Assembly (NCBI GenBank): GCA_003971905.1
Contig: RSEE01000036.1
Span: 248,001 to 312,000, forward strand
Reading direction: 5' to 3'
Origin: Moniliella sp. 'wahieum'
Taxonomy: Eukaryota
DNA length: 64,000 nucleotides
The notes under the pieces are model-generated. The model had not been told where the DNA came from. It did no database searches and was given only the letters and a program-made list of their open reading frames with translations. Shown piece after piece: positions 1 to 12,175 of this stretch. Position numbers and translations under genes: made by a program. How positions within the stretch are numbered: position 1 is the stretch's first letter; each line of letters begins with the position of its first letter.

Positions 1-311
1 AACGTAGGCCTGGTTCACACGGCGGAGAGGCACCCGTTCACCTTGAATGGACCCGTGACGAGGAGGAGACCCGACTCGAGCTGCTTGAGGAAGACGACAC
101 GCTTGCCCGCGAAGCGGCCGGCAAGGAGGATGAGCACAGTGCCGGGCGTAATGCTGGCACGCAGCTTAGAGGGCTTGTTGACCTTGCGCGACACCTTGGG
201 CTTAGGGGCGTCCACAGCAGGGTAGTACTTGTGGGCCCGCTGGGCGGGCAAAGTACGGGTGCCCTTGCCGAATGGCTTGCTCTGAGTAGCAGCGGCGTTG
301 ACAGCGGCCAT
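1..311 (-). CDS. RPL6: 60S ribosomal protein L6 (eL6), 5' part; runs off the window start
   Basis: [12 protein letters not shown]...[44 protein letters not shown], then (V)[10 protein letters not shown] after one missing G in a G run near 33-35; ATG at 311. Confidence 0.96.
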
Positions 312-827
312 TTTTTTATCTGTGGTGGAGATATGGAAGTCAGATCGGAAGGGCGGTCCAGCGAGCAAGGCAGGGGAACGAGCAAAGGTGGAGCAACGTA
401 CGAGTTAAGCCTTGATGGTCTTGCGGGTGAGGTGAACGACGATGAGCTGGCCAACGAGGCCAGCGGTAAGCAGAAGCCTGACTGGATGGTGCTAGGGTTA
501 AGAAGTGGATAATGCACTTTGGAGAGGACGGGACACTGATGATACGCTTGCCCACCAGAATTGCGCCGTAGCTAAACAACGTAGGGTTGGCATCACGTGC
601 TGGAACTGCATTGCTTTGAACAATACTGAAATCTTTGGAATTTCAAAGATGAAATATCTGTGTCGGTGCATTTGAGCTGCGCGTCAGGGATGATAGGATG
701 ATCGATGATCGATGGACACCATTCCGCCTGCCCGGATTCCGTGACATTTTTTTCTTTTCCCCCCCACAAGCAGTAGCACTGCCAGGGCTGCCCCACCCCT
801 CCCCCCACCACCTCTGAGCTCTTCACC

Positions 828-1768
828 ATGCCGCGCGCACGCCGCAACAAAGTTGTCTCGCTGACGCAGACCAGTAAGAAGACTAGGGCCGACAAGGAGT
901 CTTTCGCGCGACACGGTCCGTGATACCGCCAACAAGTTTACCTATGCATGGCTCTTCTCTATTGGCAACATGCGAAATGCCTACATCAAGGATGTCCGGC
1001 AACTCTGGGAGGGCAGCCGTATTTTCTTTGGAAAAGCGGTGTCATTCGCTTTGCTCTTGGCACGGAGGAACAGAATGAACTCCGACCCGGTATCTCTGCT
1101 CTGTCCAACGTACGTTTCATAATCATGCCGGTTTTTCGGGAACGAAACTAACATGGTTTTTATGCCCTACAGCGCCTGACTGGTCAAGTAGGCATCCTCT
1201 TCACGATTCTCCCCGGAAGAAGTGCAGGACTGGTTCGAGAGCTACTCTCGCCCGCGACTTTGCACGCGCGGGCAACATTGCGACGGAAACGGTCGTCCTC
1301 CGAAGGGGCCCGTACAGATGCGCACCACACCGCCCGAGAATCTGCCTCATCCATCGAGCCCCAACTGAGGCAGTTGGGCATGCCCACCGAACTGCAGCGT
1401 GGTGTGCCTACCCTGCTTCGGGACTTCACCCGTCTGCAAAAGGGCGAGAAATTGAGCAAGGAGGCTGCACATTCTGAAACTCCTGCTTGTCCAGCAAGCT
1501 GAGTTCCGCATTATCCCGCTGGCCTACTGGAGTGCTGTGGCTCGCGGCGATAAGGCAGAGGGTGCATTTACCGAGCTTGAGCTCACTCTGAACAGAGAGC
1601 TGTGATTGAGCAAAGCGGAGCGGACCTGGCGGTAGTGGGTCAATCCGGAACAAGGCAGATGGCACTAAGGTTGCCACGGCCCAGAATGCAAGCGACGACG
1701 ACGAGGACGTTGAAATTGACGATGGCGACCAGGTCACCGACGGGATGCTCCCTGCCCACCTCCGCTGA
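828..1768 (+). CDS. MRT4: Ribosome assembly factor Mrt4 (uL10/P0 paralogue)
   Basis: MPRARRNKVVSLTQTSKKTRADKE start; IGNMRNAYIKDVR, IRFALGTEEQNELRPG, DFARAG, SIEPQLRQLGMPTELQRG; intron GTACGT 1110 to AG 1172; acidic tail; several frameshifts. Confidence 0.9.
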
Positions 1769-3494
1769 CGCCTTGTTCACCTTTGCCTAGTTTGCCTGCA
1801 TTTCGTCTCGACCCCACACTCCTCGAATGTACTATTACCTCATGGCGCCTAGCTTGGGACCATGGGGGTGGACTGTGACAGAAACCAAACTCAAAAGGTG
1901 CCGAGTGGGCTCCTGAGAGGTTAAAATGGGGAAGATGCTGGATATTCGGTATACAGCAAGCCGTGAACACAGGCACAAACATGCATGACTTGATGCATGA
2001 GTGGGGTCGAGATATATGAGAGAAGGATTGATAGGTGCCTAGATGTCAAGGATCACGCAGTGGGATTATGCGCCAAATTCGAAAGGCTGGAATACTTCCC
2101 TGTCGAAGTGCGGGAGGAATTGAATCCACTTGCGCACCTGTGTGATGCATTCTTCCGCATGCCCGATCCGAAACGCCTGTAAAAGACAGCCGTCTCCCTT
2201 AAGATGAGCTAGGCTACACCCCCCCACCACACGTGCCATGGCCACTGCATGCATCATGAACAGGGCAAAACGCCTCTTCAAAGAGTTTGACCTCCTCAGC
2301 CATCCCCATCTTTTACCAACGATTGTCTCGCTCTCCTCCGGCGTATATATCGCACACAGACATCATTAGCATTGCCGTTTGACATAGGGGCCTCGCCAAC
2401 ACCATTTTATGGTTTAGCAAATTAACAACACCAAGGTTATCAACGAGAGGGGAACAGATTCTACGTGGGCACAGCAACACAAAACAAAATATGCCCCCGC
2501 TCAGCTCACATGGCTCACAGAGGCCAGGCTTGTAGAGGGCGTTGTGAGGATGCTGCGCAGCGCTGACATGGCTGACAGGCTAATACTCTGGCACCTTTTC
2601 CCTTTCAGTATTACTTCCTACACTTGCTAATAGTAGACGTGGAGAGGGCGAAGCCTCACGGCACCGGTGGCACTTCCTCGTGTAGCGCTATTATACAGAG
2701 GGTCTGTTAAATTTACGGGGCTTTCTCTGACAAGCTGTGATGTGATCGACATGTGATCATCGATCATCGATCATCCGATCATCGGTCGACGATCGATGAT
2801 CTAACATTCTAAAGGCAACGTATCCGCAGTCGGTGATGTATGACCGGATGACCGGATGACCGGTGACCAGCCTGGGGCATGAGGCTTGCATCATGCATAT
2901 ATAAGGCCTAAGGTCTAGGCTGGGCAGGCCCAGCCTAGCAGTGGCTTGAAGCTTCCCTGCCGAGCACCGATTCCCCCGCCACGTAACATTTCACCGCGCG
3001 AGCGCGAAGGGGTGCGCGCCATCCAACTGCGACGTGGCGGTCGCCCTCTGTCCTAAATGTCCCCACGCTCCCCCGCGACCATCGACCCTGGCCCACTCGT
3101 GGCGCAGCACTGGCGCAGCCGGGAGCGAGCGGCACTACTGCGACAACGGAACTGACCCTGTATACTGCACCCTGGCAGCCACTGCTGCGCAGCCACCGAT
3201 GAGGCCCGCAACGCTCATCCTATTGACATCTATCCGTCCATCCATCCGTCCCCTGATTATGCAGCCCTATATATAGCCTACAGGTCTACCACCACAACAG
3301 CACGATAGCCCTCCATCCTTCCCACCAAACCTGCAGTCAGCTTGACGCTGTCACCCTCCAACACTGTGCGCCCGAAAGCCGGATCTTTTTGGCACCCTCC
3401 TCTGCACCTCTTCTCCCTCTTTTTCATCTTACCCCCCCACAATCAACCCTCTACCTATATCGTCTCTCTCTTTCTCTTCCTTCCTCTATCTCTT

Positions 3495-4775
3495 ATTGCT
3501 GGCTACGATTGCTCTCCTCCGCCTTCTCACTCTTTCCATTGTCGCTGGATCGACATTGATTGCCGCTACTCCCGAGTTCAGCTCGGGAGCCGCTCCGGCT
3601 GGTATCGCAGGGCGTGCCTTGGTGTCGTTCTCAATCGTGGAATGAGCCGCAAGCTTCGCATGCGTGGTGACTCGGGCTACGGTGACTCCGGTTCGAACTC
3701 GTCCGGATCGGGGTCGGGTTCTTCCACTTCAGGTTCTTCAGCCTCTGGCTCCGGTTCCGGTCCGGTTCCTCCGGCTCTGGCTAACTCGGATGGTTCGTCC
3801 AACTGGAGTTCAGGTTCGGGTTCCGGCTCGAGCTCGACTTCAAGCTCGGGCTCCTCCGACGGTGCCTCTAGCTCGCAATCAAGCAGCTCTAGTGCTCCTA
3901 GCTCGTCTGGCTCATCTGGTTCCTCCTCTGGCTCTTCGGCCGGACTGAATGTGGGTAAGAATGGCTTGGCTTGGCCAAATGGACCGTGGGTCAACATCCA
4001 GTCCTACAAGAAGACGATGGGTGGCTTTACTCCTGGGATGCATATCCTGCGACGGGGAACCCGACAGCATCTTCGTTCGTCCCGACTCGATTAAGTTCTT
4101 CCCTATGTTGTGGGGGTAACTCGGGCACGCGCGTCTCCAACTGGAAAAAGTACGTACTCAATGACCGTACCTCCACCCGACAGCGCCAAAGTCGCTATGG
4201 GACCCAACGAGGTCAATCAAGCGACAGTCAGACATGAGCGTGAGTGACGCTTGTACCCTTTTCCGCGACTACATTGTTCCCCTCAAGGATCAATGGCTGG
4301 TCCATCATCGGAGCTTCGACCAATGGCGCTCCCGACGGTATCACATGGATGAACACTTTAAGTCGCAGTGCAGTGACGTGTGGAACAAAGTGCGTTTCCC
4401 CTTCGTACCCCCTCTCTTAGCCTTCTTATTGCTGACCTGTTTTCTATATTTAAGGTCGACGCAGACAGCTTGCACTTTTACGGAACTGACCCGCAAAAGG
4501 CTATTCTTACTTTGAGAACTGGTACAACACATTCAAGAAGCCCATTTTCATTACTGAGACAGCGTGCATGAACTACGATGGTTCGGCCCGCGCCTCGCTG
4601 GGCCAAGCGTACAACTATGTCAAGGAGGTTAACAACTGGGCCACACACTAGTTATGTGAAGGGATCGCATTTTCGGTGTTATGAGAGCATCAACATCAAT
4701 TCTGTCAATCGCCTTGCCACCTCGAGCGGCACGCCCACTGATCTGTTCACCTTCTGGGTGAACAATTCTTCCTAA
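3495..4775 (+). CDS. Secreted GH128 (Glyco_hydro_cc) beta-1,3-glucanase-like protein with a Ser/Gly-rich linker
   Basis: Hydrophobic leader LATIALLRLLTLSIVAGSTLIAA; S/G-rich 3670-3940; GKNGLAWPNG, GWLYSW, FFPMLWG, GPNEVNQ, MSVSDAC, SLHFYGTD, KPIFITETAC; intron about 4390-4454; start approximate; TATATATA at about 3268. Confidence 0.8.
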
Positions 4776-5440
4776 ACACCATCTTTTGCCTTTACTTTCT
4801 TCCTGTGCCGGTCACGGGAGGAAGACACTCTGTTACGGACCATTCTCATGAGCTTGGAGGGAGACGTTTTTGTCACTGCACGCGGCGGATGACAGAAAGT
4901 GCGTAATTTCTGCTTTTGCCTTTTGTCCCCACTTTGTGTGGGGACCCCCCCCCCCTCTCTCTTGCTGATGCTAATATGGCCATACTTCTTTGTCATCCAT
5001 TTCTTTGACTTTTTGGTACCGTAGGATGTGTGCGAGCAACGTATTTAATAAACCCTGTCCTGCTAACCCTGACCCAACCCTCTTGCGCACCGTCATTCGG
5101 GAGATACTAGCCTTTCTGAAAACCTTAATAAGGTGTCACATGTCATTGGGTTCAAAATGCTGATGCATGCCTGGAGCATGATGCAGGGCATATGCATGAT
5201 GCATGATGCATGATGGGGCACATCAGCTCATCAGTGCACCCGCGCGCTGATCGCGCTGATTGCGCGGATCATAAGGCGCGCTCTGGCAGCATAACCGGTA
5301 ACAGCAGGCATGCCGGCTTGAACATTGCATGGGCCACTGCCCTTTGCCCGGTGGCTGATGGCATGCATACTCGGTATTCGGCCCAACGAGGCGCGGCTAA
5401 TGCAGTGCCCGTCCTCGCATTCTTCTGCCCCACCTCCACC

Positions 5441-7705
5441 ATGTCGGCCACCCCGCAGCGCCCCAAGCCATGGACTGGCACTCGCCCAACCCTTTACTGA
5501 CATTGGCGATGGGACCTTCCCCGCACCGACCGCACGCTTTGGCGTCTGTCCAGCAGCGACGGCAGCCATGGCCGCCACACCTGTCCTTCCTCCCCCCCCG
5601 AGCAGGCCGCCGCCTGGCCGCAAACTGACGAGGACAAGTATTGGCTCGGCCTCCCGCTTGCGCCCTTCGACCCACCCCCCTCCACCTGCCACCACGCCTG
5701 CTCAGGCTGCCGCCAATGGGTTTGCCTTCTACAAGCGCCTTCAGGCTCCCGATGGGCACTGGTCCGGCGAATATGGTGGCCCGCTCTTCCTCTTGCCGGG
5801 TCTGGTGATTGCCAACTACGTTGCGCGCGTGCCCATGCCCACCGCTTGGCGGACCGAGTTTGTACGCTAACCTTGCCAATATGCAGAACGAGGACGGTGG
5901 TTGGGGGCTTCCCATTGAGGACCACAGCACTGTCTTCGGTACGGCGCTCAACTACTGCGTTCTGCGTCTGCTCGGCCTTCCAGCAGACCACCCTGTTGCT
6001 CAGAAAGCGCGTACCCGCCTCCACACCCTTGGTGGCGCCACCGGCGCACCTTCCTGGGTAAGATGTGGCTCGCGATCTTGGGTGTGTATGACTGGGAAGG
6101 CATGGCACCCATCCCCCCAGAGCTTTGGGGTGCTGCCCGACTTCCTGCCTGTCCACCCGCACCGATGGTGGATCCACACCCGACAGGTTTACCTTCCTAT
6201 GGGGTACATTTGGGCTGACGCATCACAGCACCAGACGATGCGCACTAGCTTCATTGCGAGAAGAGCTGTCGTGCAATCGTATGAGACGATCAATTGGCCC
6301 AAGATGCGAACGTACGTCAACCCGGCCGACGTCTACTCTCCGCAATTCCTACTTCCTTGATGGCCTTTTTGGCCTGATGGGGGTGTACTAGCAGTGCCGT
6401 ATTGAGCCGTTGCGACAGTCAGGAATCCGCCGCGCCTATGACTTGATCGTGATGGAAGATGAAACACCAAGTGCCATGTCTTGGGCCAGTCAACAAGATG
6501 CTCAACCAACTCGTTCGATGGCACGTCGATGGACCCGACAGTGAGGCATTTGCTCTGCACATCGAAAAGACCAAAGACTTTGTTTGGATGTCGGACCGTG
6601 GTCTGATGATGACTGGTACCAACGGCTCGCAGCTCTGGGATGCCCTCCTTCATCGCTCAGGCCATGGCAGATGCAGGACTTTCAACCTTGCCGGAGCATA
6701 ACGAAGCCTGTCAACGCTTGCTGGATTGGCTCGACAAGTGTCAGATCCGCCAAAACCCCAAGTTCTACAAGGAAGGTTACCGCCCGCCACTAAGGTGCCT
6801 GGCCCTTTAGCACCCCCGAACAGGGCTATACTGTCAGTGATACAACTGCGGAGGGCATGACGGCTGTCTTGCGTTTGCAAGAGCCAGCACCACTAAACTG
6901 CGTGCTCGGGTCAGTGTTGAACGCCTTCACGACACCGTCGATCTTCTGCTTTCACTACAAAACCCAGGGGAGGATTTGCAAGTTATGAATTGGTGCGAGG
7001 GAGTTCGCTGCTCGAGGCTCTTAACCCGGCTGAGGTGTTTGCCAACATTATGGTCGAATACCCTTATGTGGAGTGCTCCACTTCGGTCGTGGCATGCTTT
7101 CGTACGAACGGGAGATTAAAGATGGGTACCGCCACGAGGACATCCAGCGCACCGTTCGCCAGACGATCAAGTGGATCCTCACACAAACAACGGCCTGATG
7201 GGAGTTGGTATGGTTCCTGGGCTATATGCATGACTTATGCTGCCATGTTCTCCCTGCACTCACTACGCTTGGCCGGATATCGGTGGGACAATACACCAGA
7301 AGTACGACGGGGAGTAGAGTTCCTCCTTTCCAACAGAATGCCGACGGCGGCTGGGGGGAAACGTACGAGTCGTGCACAACCGGCGTATACTCCCGCTCCC
7401 GAAAGCCAAGTGGTTCAGACTTCATGGGCAGTGATCGCACTGATGCACGCCGACTACCACAAACACGATCCAGAGCCCATTATTCGTGCTACCAAGCTCA
7501 TCATGTCCCGCCAAACCAAGGATGGCGCGTGGAAACAAGAGCGAATTGAAGGAGTCTTCAACAAAAACTGTAAGTCACGCTTTTCGATGGTTGGAAATAT
7601 TCTGACACTCTCCTTTCCCCAGGCATGATATCTTATCCCAACTACAAGCATTCGTTCTGCATCTGGGCCCTCGGAAAGGTAGCCCACGAGGTGGAATGGA
7701 AATAA
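5441..7705 (+). CDS. ERG7: Oxidosqualene cyclase (lanosterol synthase type)
   Basis: [118 protein letters not shown](7571-7623)-MISYPNYK; many frameshifts. Confidence 0.95.
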
Positions 7706-8232
7706 ACCCTTTCTTGCTTTCATGGAAAACGAAATTGATGCATCCTGAGTTTCGCATCCCCCCTCTCCATCCGAAGTCCCACATAATTTCAAGGCAATGG
7801 GGAAGCACAAGTGCGGTACATATAATAGGTACAGTGCCAGTAGCTACCAGTGATGGACGTATTCAAGATGGCGAATGAAACGAGACCAATCATTAGTTGT
7901 CCATCCGTGGAACAAAACGTATTATCCAACTATTAGTACCACGCGCAGATGTTGCTCTAGTAACTATGGCTCCACTTAAAGTCCATCAAAGACATGCTAT
8001 ATCCTAATAGTACCCTTGTTTCTATGCTCACACTTTTAAGAAGGGATCAGCCATACGGTGGTTTTTGTGGTGTTACGATTCGTGCGGCAAAGCATCTTGC
8101 CTCTCCGTTGATAATAAAGCCTGGAGCTTGGCCTCAATAGCTACGCAAAGCGATCTCGAGCTGACGTTCAACTTCATTGGTGTCTTGCGCTTTGCTCTGC
8201 GACCGATCCTCAATCAAGATCAGATCCGGGAT

Positions 8233-9190
8233 GGGGCCACCCTCCTCGGATTCACTGCCTCAGAGGGTGCTTTGATCAGTGACCCCTGCTCAACATCCCC
8301 ACCTTGGAAGATGCGCTGGTGGGCAAGTTTGTATGCAGGCCACACAACTTCGTCGAATACCCTGGCGGGTCCTGCATGAATGTGTTAGTGAAGCTCAGCA
8401 ACTGCTCGAAATGTACGCACCACCCAGGACTCCCCGACTCCGTCACGTATCCTCCACGGTTCTCCCTTCGATACAGTACTTCATCCCTGGGAGTGCGGAT
8501 GAAGAGTTTGAGTTTGAGTCCATATATCTCCTCACCTCAGGGTCAAAGTACAAGAGGAAGCCTCAGTCACCACAATGTACAGCGGCTTCCTCAACTCGCT
8601 GGCCACAGGCCTGTTCCGCTGCACGAACCAAGAGGGACAGGAAACGAGATTGCCACTTGGACCTAAAGGCAGGGGTGACGGGAAGCGGCTTCAGCTCATT
8701 GAGATGGTCATGGGTCTTATACCACAACGGAAGATCGCCATGTTCTTCACATACGCTAAAGCTTGAGCCGTCTTTTGATAATCCACCGTCCATATGGTGT
8801 GTCCCAATCTTCAGCACCAAATGCCTCGTTCCAAGGGAGCGTTTTGTTGAGAAAGTCATCTTGATGGATCAGGACCACGGCGGGGCTCATACTGGCAGTC
8901 GAAGAAGGATGGGCCATGCGCTCTTCCATCGCCTGATCCCGGGCGTGAGCAAGTCCACCAGATGTTTGGCCATAGTTGTTTTTCCCGAGCTCGTGGCCCC
9001 TCCTACCCGATGTGAGCACGTCCGCTTTGCGGGCTCAGTTGCCTCGTTTGTTGAATCCATCGCTCGTGGTGGGGAGCGGAAGGACCCGCAAGTGCTCCAT
9101 GGCAAAGACCGGCGGACAAAGAATAGGGACAACGAGGGCGGATATGAAATGTTAAGCTATTTGACCGGCAACGGTAACCGCCCATATTGA
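8233..9190 (+). CDS. Hypothetical protein
   Basis: Overlapping plus-strand ORFs (8279-9190, 8304-8666, 8575-8766) that could join across frameshifts; no recognised domain. Confidence 0.3.
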
Positions 9191-9404
9191 ACGTTTCATG
9201 TTGAGTGAAGACCTGGCGGCTGCGATGCATGCAGGGCGCAATAAGCCAACCCTAGTGCAATATACTAGGGTAGAGGGTGAAGTGCGCCCTCTGCCTAGTT
9301 TCGAATCTATGGCGAGCTTGCGATGGGCGTCGGACACTGGAAAGACCGTGGTGAAGCTTGACGCGAGATCCAGTTTACACTCAACCTCCGACACTCCAAG
9401 AAAG

Positions 9405-9899
9405 ATGGCCACGACGGTTCCCTCCACGAGTCAATTTTGCGCCCTGAGGCGATCGCCAAGCAGGTGGCTTGCGCAGGTGCCGTCAAGGCTGAGCTCGCTG
9501 CCAAGGCGGCGGAGGCGAAGAAGGTACGTGGTGCTGCCCATGCCATGGGATGGGCCCGGATGCTCGTGACATCCAGCGCCGGCGAACGCCCAAAGCGCTG
9601 TACCGGGAGCAGAGCGCTATGATGCATAAACCCACTTTGATGGCTAGCCTTTTTGCTATGCTGCCTCAATATCATACCATCTTTCGGGTCTGAGCATCCT
9701 ACTCCCGGACGCGCTCGTGCCTGTCCCAACCCTTCCGCATCGATGAGTGCCTCCCTGGATTGGGACTGACCTTTTTGACACTTTTTAGGCTTCCAAGGAA
9801 ACCCGCGAGAAGATCCTTAAGCGCAACGAAGCTTACGTCGCCGAGTACGCTGCGGCTGAAGCTGAGGAGGTGAAGAACCGCCGTGTGGCCAAGGCCGCC

Positions 9900-9932
<33 letters not shown>

Positions 9933-10417
9933 GTGTTTGTGGTCCGTCTCCGCGGTATCTGCAACATCCCCCCTAAGCCCCGCAAGATTATGCAACTTCT
10001 CCGTCTGATCCAGGTCAAAACGGTGTGTTTGTCAAGCTCACCAAGGCCACGGCCCAGATGCTGCAGCTTATCGAGCCCTACGTTACGTACGGTACTCCTT
10101 CGCTGGCCACCATCCGTCTGCTTCTCTACAAGCGCGGTTACGCCAAGATTAACGGCCAGCGCCTGCCTCTGTCGGACAACAAGCTGATCCAGTCCCGCCT
10201 GAGCAAGCTTGGCTTCCTCTCGGTTGAGGACCTCGTTCACGAGATCTACACGGCCGGCCCCCACTTCAAGCAGGTTACCACCTTCCTCTGGCCCTTCAAG
10301 CTGTCCAACCCCACGGGTGGCTTCCGTGCCCGCAAGCTCAAGCACTTCGTTGAGAACAACGGTGACACGGGCGACCGCGAGCACTTCATGCCTGCCCTCA
10401 TCAAGCGCATGGCTTAA
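9405..10417 (+). CDS. RPL7: 60S ribosomal protein L7 (uL30)
   Basis: MATTVPS... exon; intron 9524-9788; [85 protein letters not shown]. Confidence 0.96.
9616..9696 (+). ncRNA. Intronic box C/D snoRNA guiding 2'-O-methylation of LSU rRNA (snR39/snR39B-type site)
   Basis: Inside the RPL7 intron: C-like box ATGATGC 9619-9625, D box CTGA 9690-9693, preceded by ACCATCTTTCGGGT (9676-9689), complementary to conserved LSU rRNA ACCCGAAAGAUGGU; flanking stem CCGGGAG (9603-9609)/CTCCCGG (9702-9708). Confidence 0.88.
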
Positions 10418-10911
10418 TTCGTTTCGTCCGTCTTCTCATGTTCGGACCCCGTATTCTGCGGCCTCCACCAGCCGGTGTCTATTCTGCCCCTGGGGGCGCA
10501 CACACACCAGTTCCATCGGTCTATTGCCCATGCCCTAGCCATGCTCCAAAACGCGCCTGGCTTCGGCCAGGCGAGCACTCCATGCCCTCTCCTATCATGC
10601 GATTGCTATGATCCCCCTCATACAGCGTTATTTGCCCGTAGTGCTGTTCATTCTATCCAGCATGGACTGGGAGACACCTTTGGTGCTCACCTTCATCCGC
10701 TCTAAGTAACTCGAAATGCCAGCAGATGCAGCAGAGGTGTAAAGGACCGATCCCACGAGCCAAAAATGCAACTTGCAAAAACGCATAGAGCAGCACAACA
10801 TCGACATCAGCGCACCCTTCGTGCCAGTTTACCATCGCCTCCTATGCGTCTCCCGTGTGGGCCCAATGCCTGCGATGCACCATATCCCATGGTCTGCGGA
10901 AACCCACGAGG

Positions 10912-12101
10912 ATGAGGACGTATGCCAATCTGTCTCTGCGCCCCTTTCTTCCATCTTCACAGCTGTCCACTGCACGTGTGGTCTACGCTCCTACGCCAGC
11001 CCAGGCCCCTGTCCCTCCACCGCCCTACTCTTCAGACGGCTTGGTACAGAAACGGGCGAGAGGAAGACCCAAAAAAGTGTGGCGCTAAGTGCAATATCTG
11101 GGACCGAGAAAGATGCCGCCCCGCAGGGACATTACCTGTACCAGACGGTTCAGTTACGACACGTCGCAGAGGGCGCCCCAAGAAGACTGTTGCCGAGGGT
11201 ACCCTTACCTTGGGGGATCCATTCCCCAGCCCAAGCCAAGCAAGAAGGATGCGTTGCGCCAGCTGACCTCGTTACCCCAAGGGGCTGAGGATCATGACAT
11301 GACAGTCATGTCTCCTCACTTGCACCGTCTGGGCCTGTGAAGGGTGCGACACCGCGGCTGGAGTCGACTGTGGCGCGTGGTACACGTTTCGAGTTTGGCA
11401 CGCTCGCCTACCTCTCTTCCTTGGGTATGGACCTTTATCGTGTGGGGGGGAGGAACGATCAAGGTGCGGACTTGCGGGGGTGGTGGAAAATTCGTTGGTC
11501 TCCCCGCGAAGGCGTGGCGACAACATGCTGGGTTTGGACATGCGGGTGATCGTACAGTGCAAAGCAGAGAAACGACCGTTGGGGCCCAAGATCCTTCGTG
11601 AGCTCGAGGGGACTTACATCGTGCCGCCTGGGCTGGGGCTGGCGTCGAGACCACCGATACGAGTGGAGGGTGGTGGCGCGTGATGCTTCGGAGGGGCAGA
11701 GGTGGCCTGGTATCCCGCCTGCAGACTCGCAGGCTTCCGAGACGCCTCCGGCTAGCCAAGGGAGCCAGGCCACCACTGCTCCGCTTGAAGTGCAGATTGG
11801 AGTTCTAGCCAGTTTGAGTGGCTTCTCCAAGCGCACAAGTCAAAATGCGTTCAATGCGCCGATGCCGATCCTCCTCCAACTTGATCATGGTGGAGTGCCC
11901 CCCACAGGAAGTTCTACTTCGCCCCTCAGGGTGGTATCTTTCCTGCCCAACAAGCACTTGCAGTCTATCCTTGCTCCTGCTGTGAGTTCTATTGCTGCAT
12001 TCCACTTCTACCCCGATACTGTAGAAGACGAGACGGTCGCCCCATGTATTATTTGGCACAAAGATGTACAAGTGGTGAGCAAACTCTCTTCCAAGGCTTG
12101 A
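10912..12101 (+). CDS. RRG7: RRG7-like DUF2034 protein (restriction-endonuclease-like fold), probably mitochondrial
   Basis: STVARGTRFE...LYRVGGRNDQGADLRGWW...VIVQCKAEKRPLGPKILRELEG...IGVLASLSGFS; start inferred at MRTYANLSLRPFLPS; frameshifted. Confidence 0.8.
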
Positions 12102-12175
12102 TCAAGAAAGGGACTTGATATGGTCGAAAGATTCCTCCACGGCTTTTCGTAACTGTACGTCAAGGCGTTACAATG

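Noticed and set aside
5063..5081. CTAACCCTGACCCAACCCT as a telomeric repeat or telomerase template
   Set aside because: Only three degenerate units with no supporting structure
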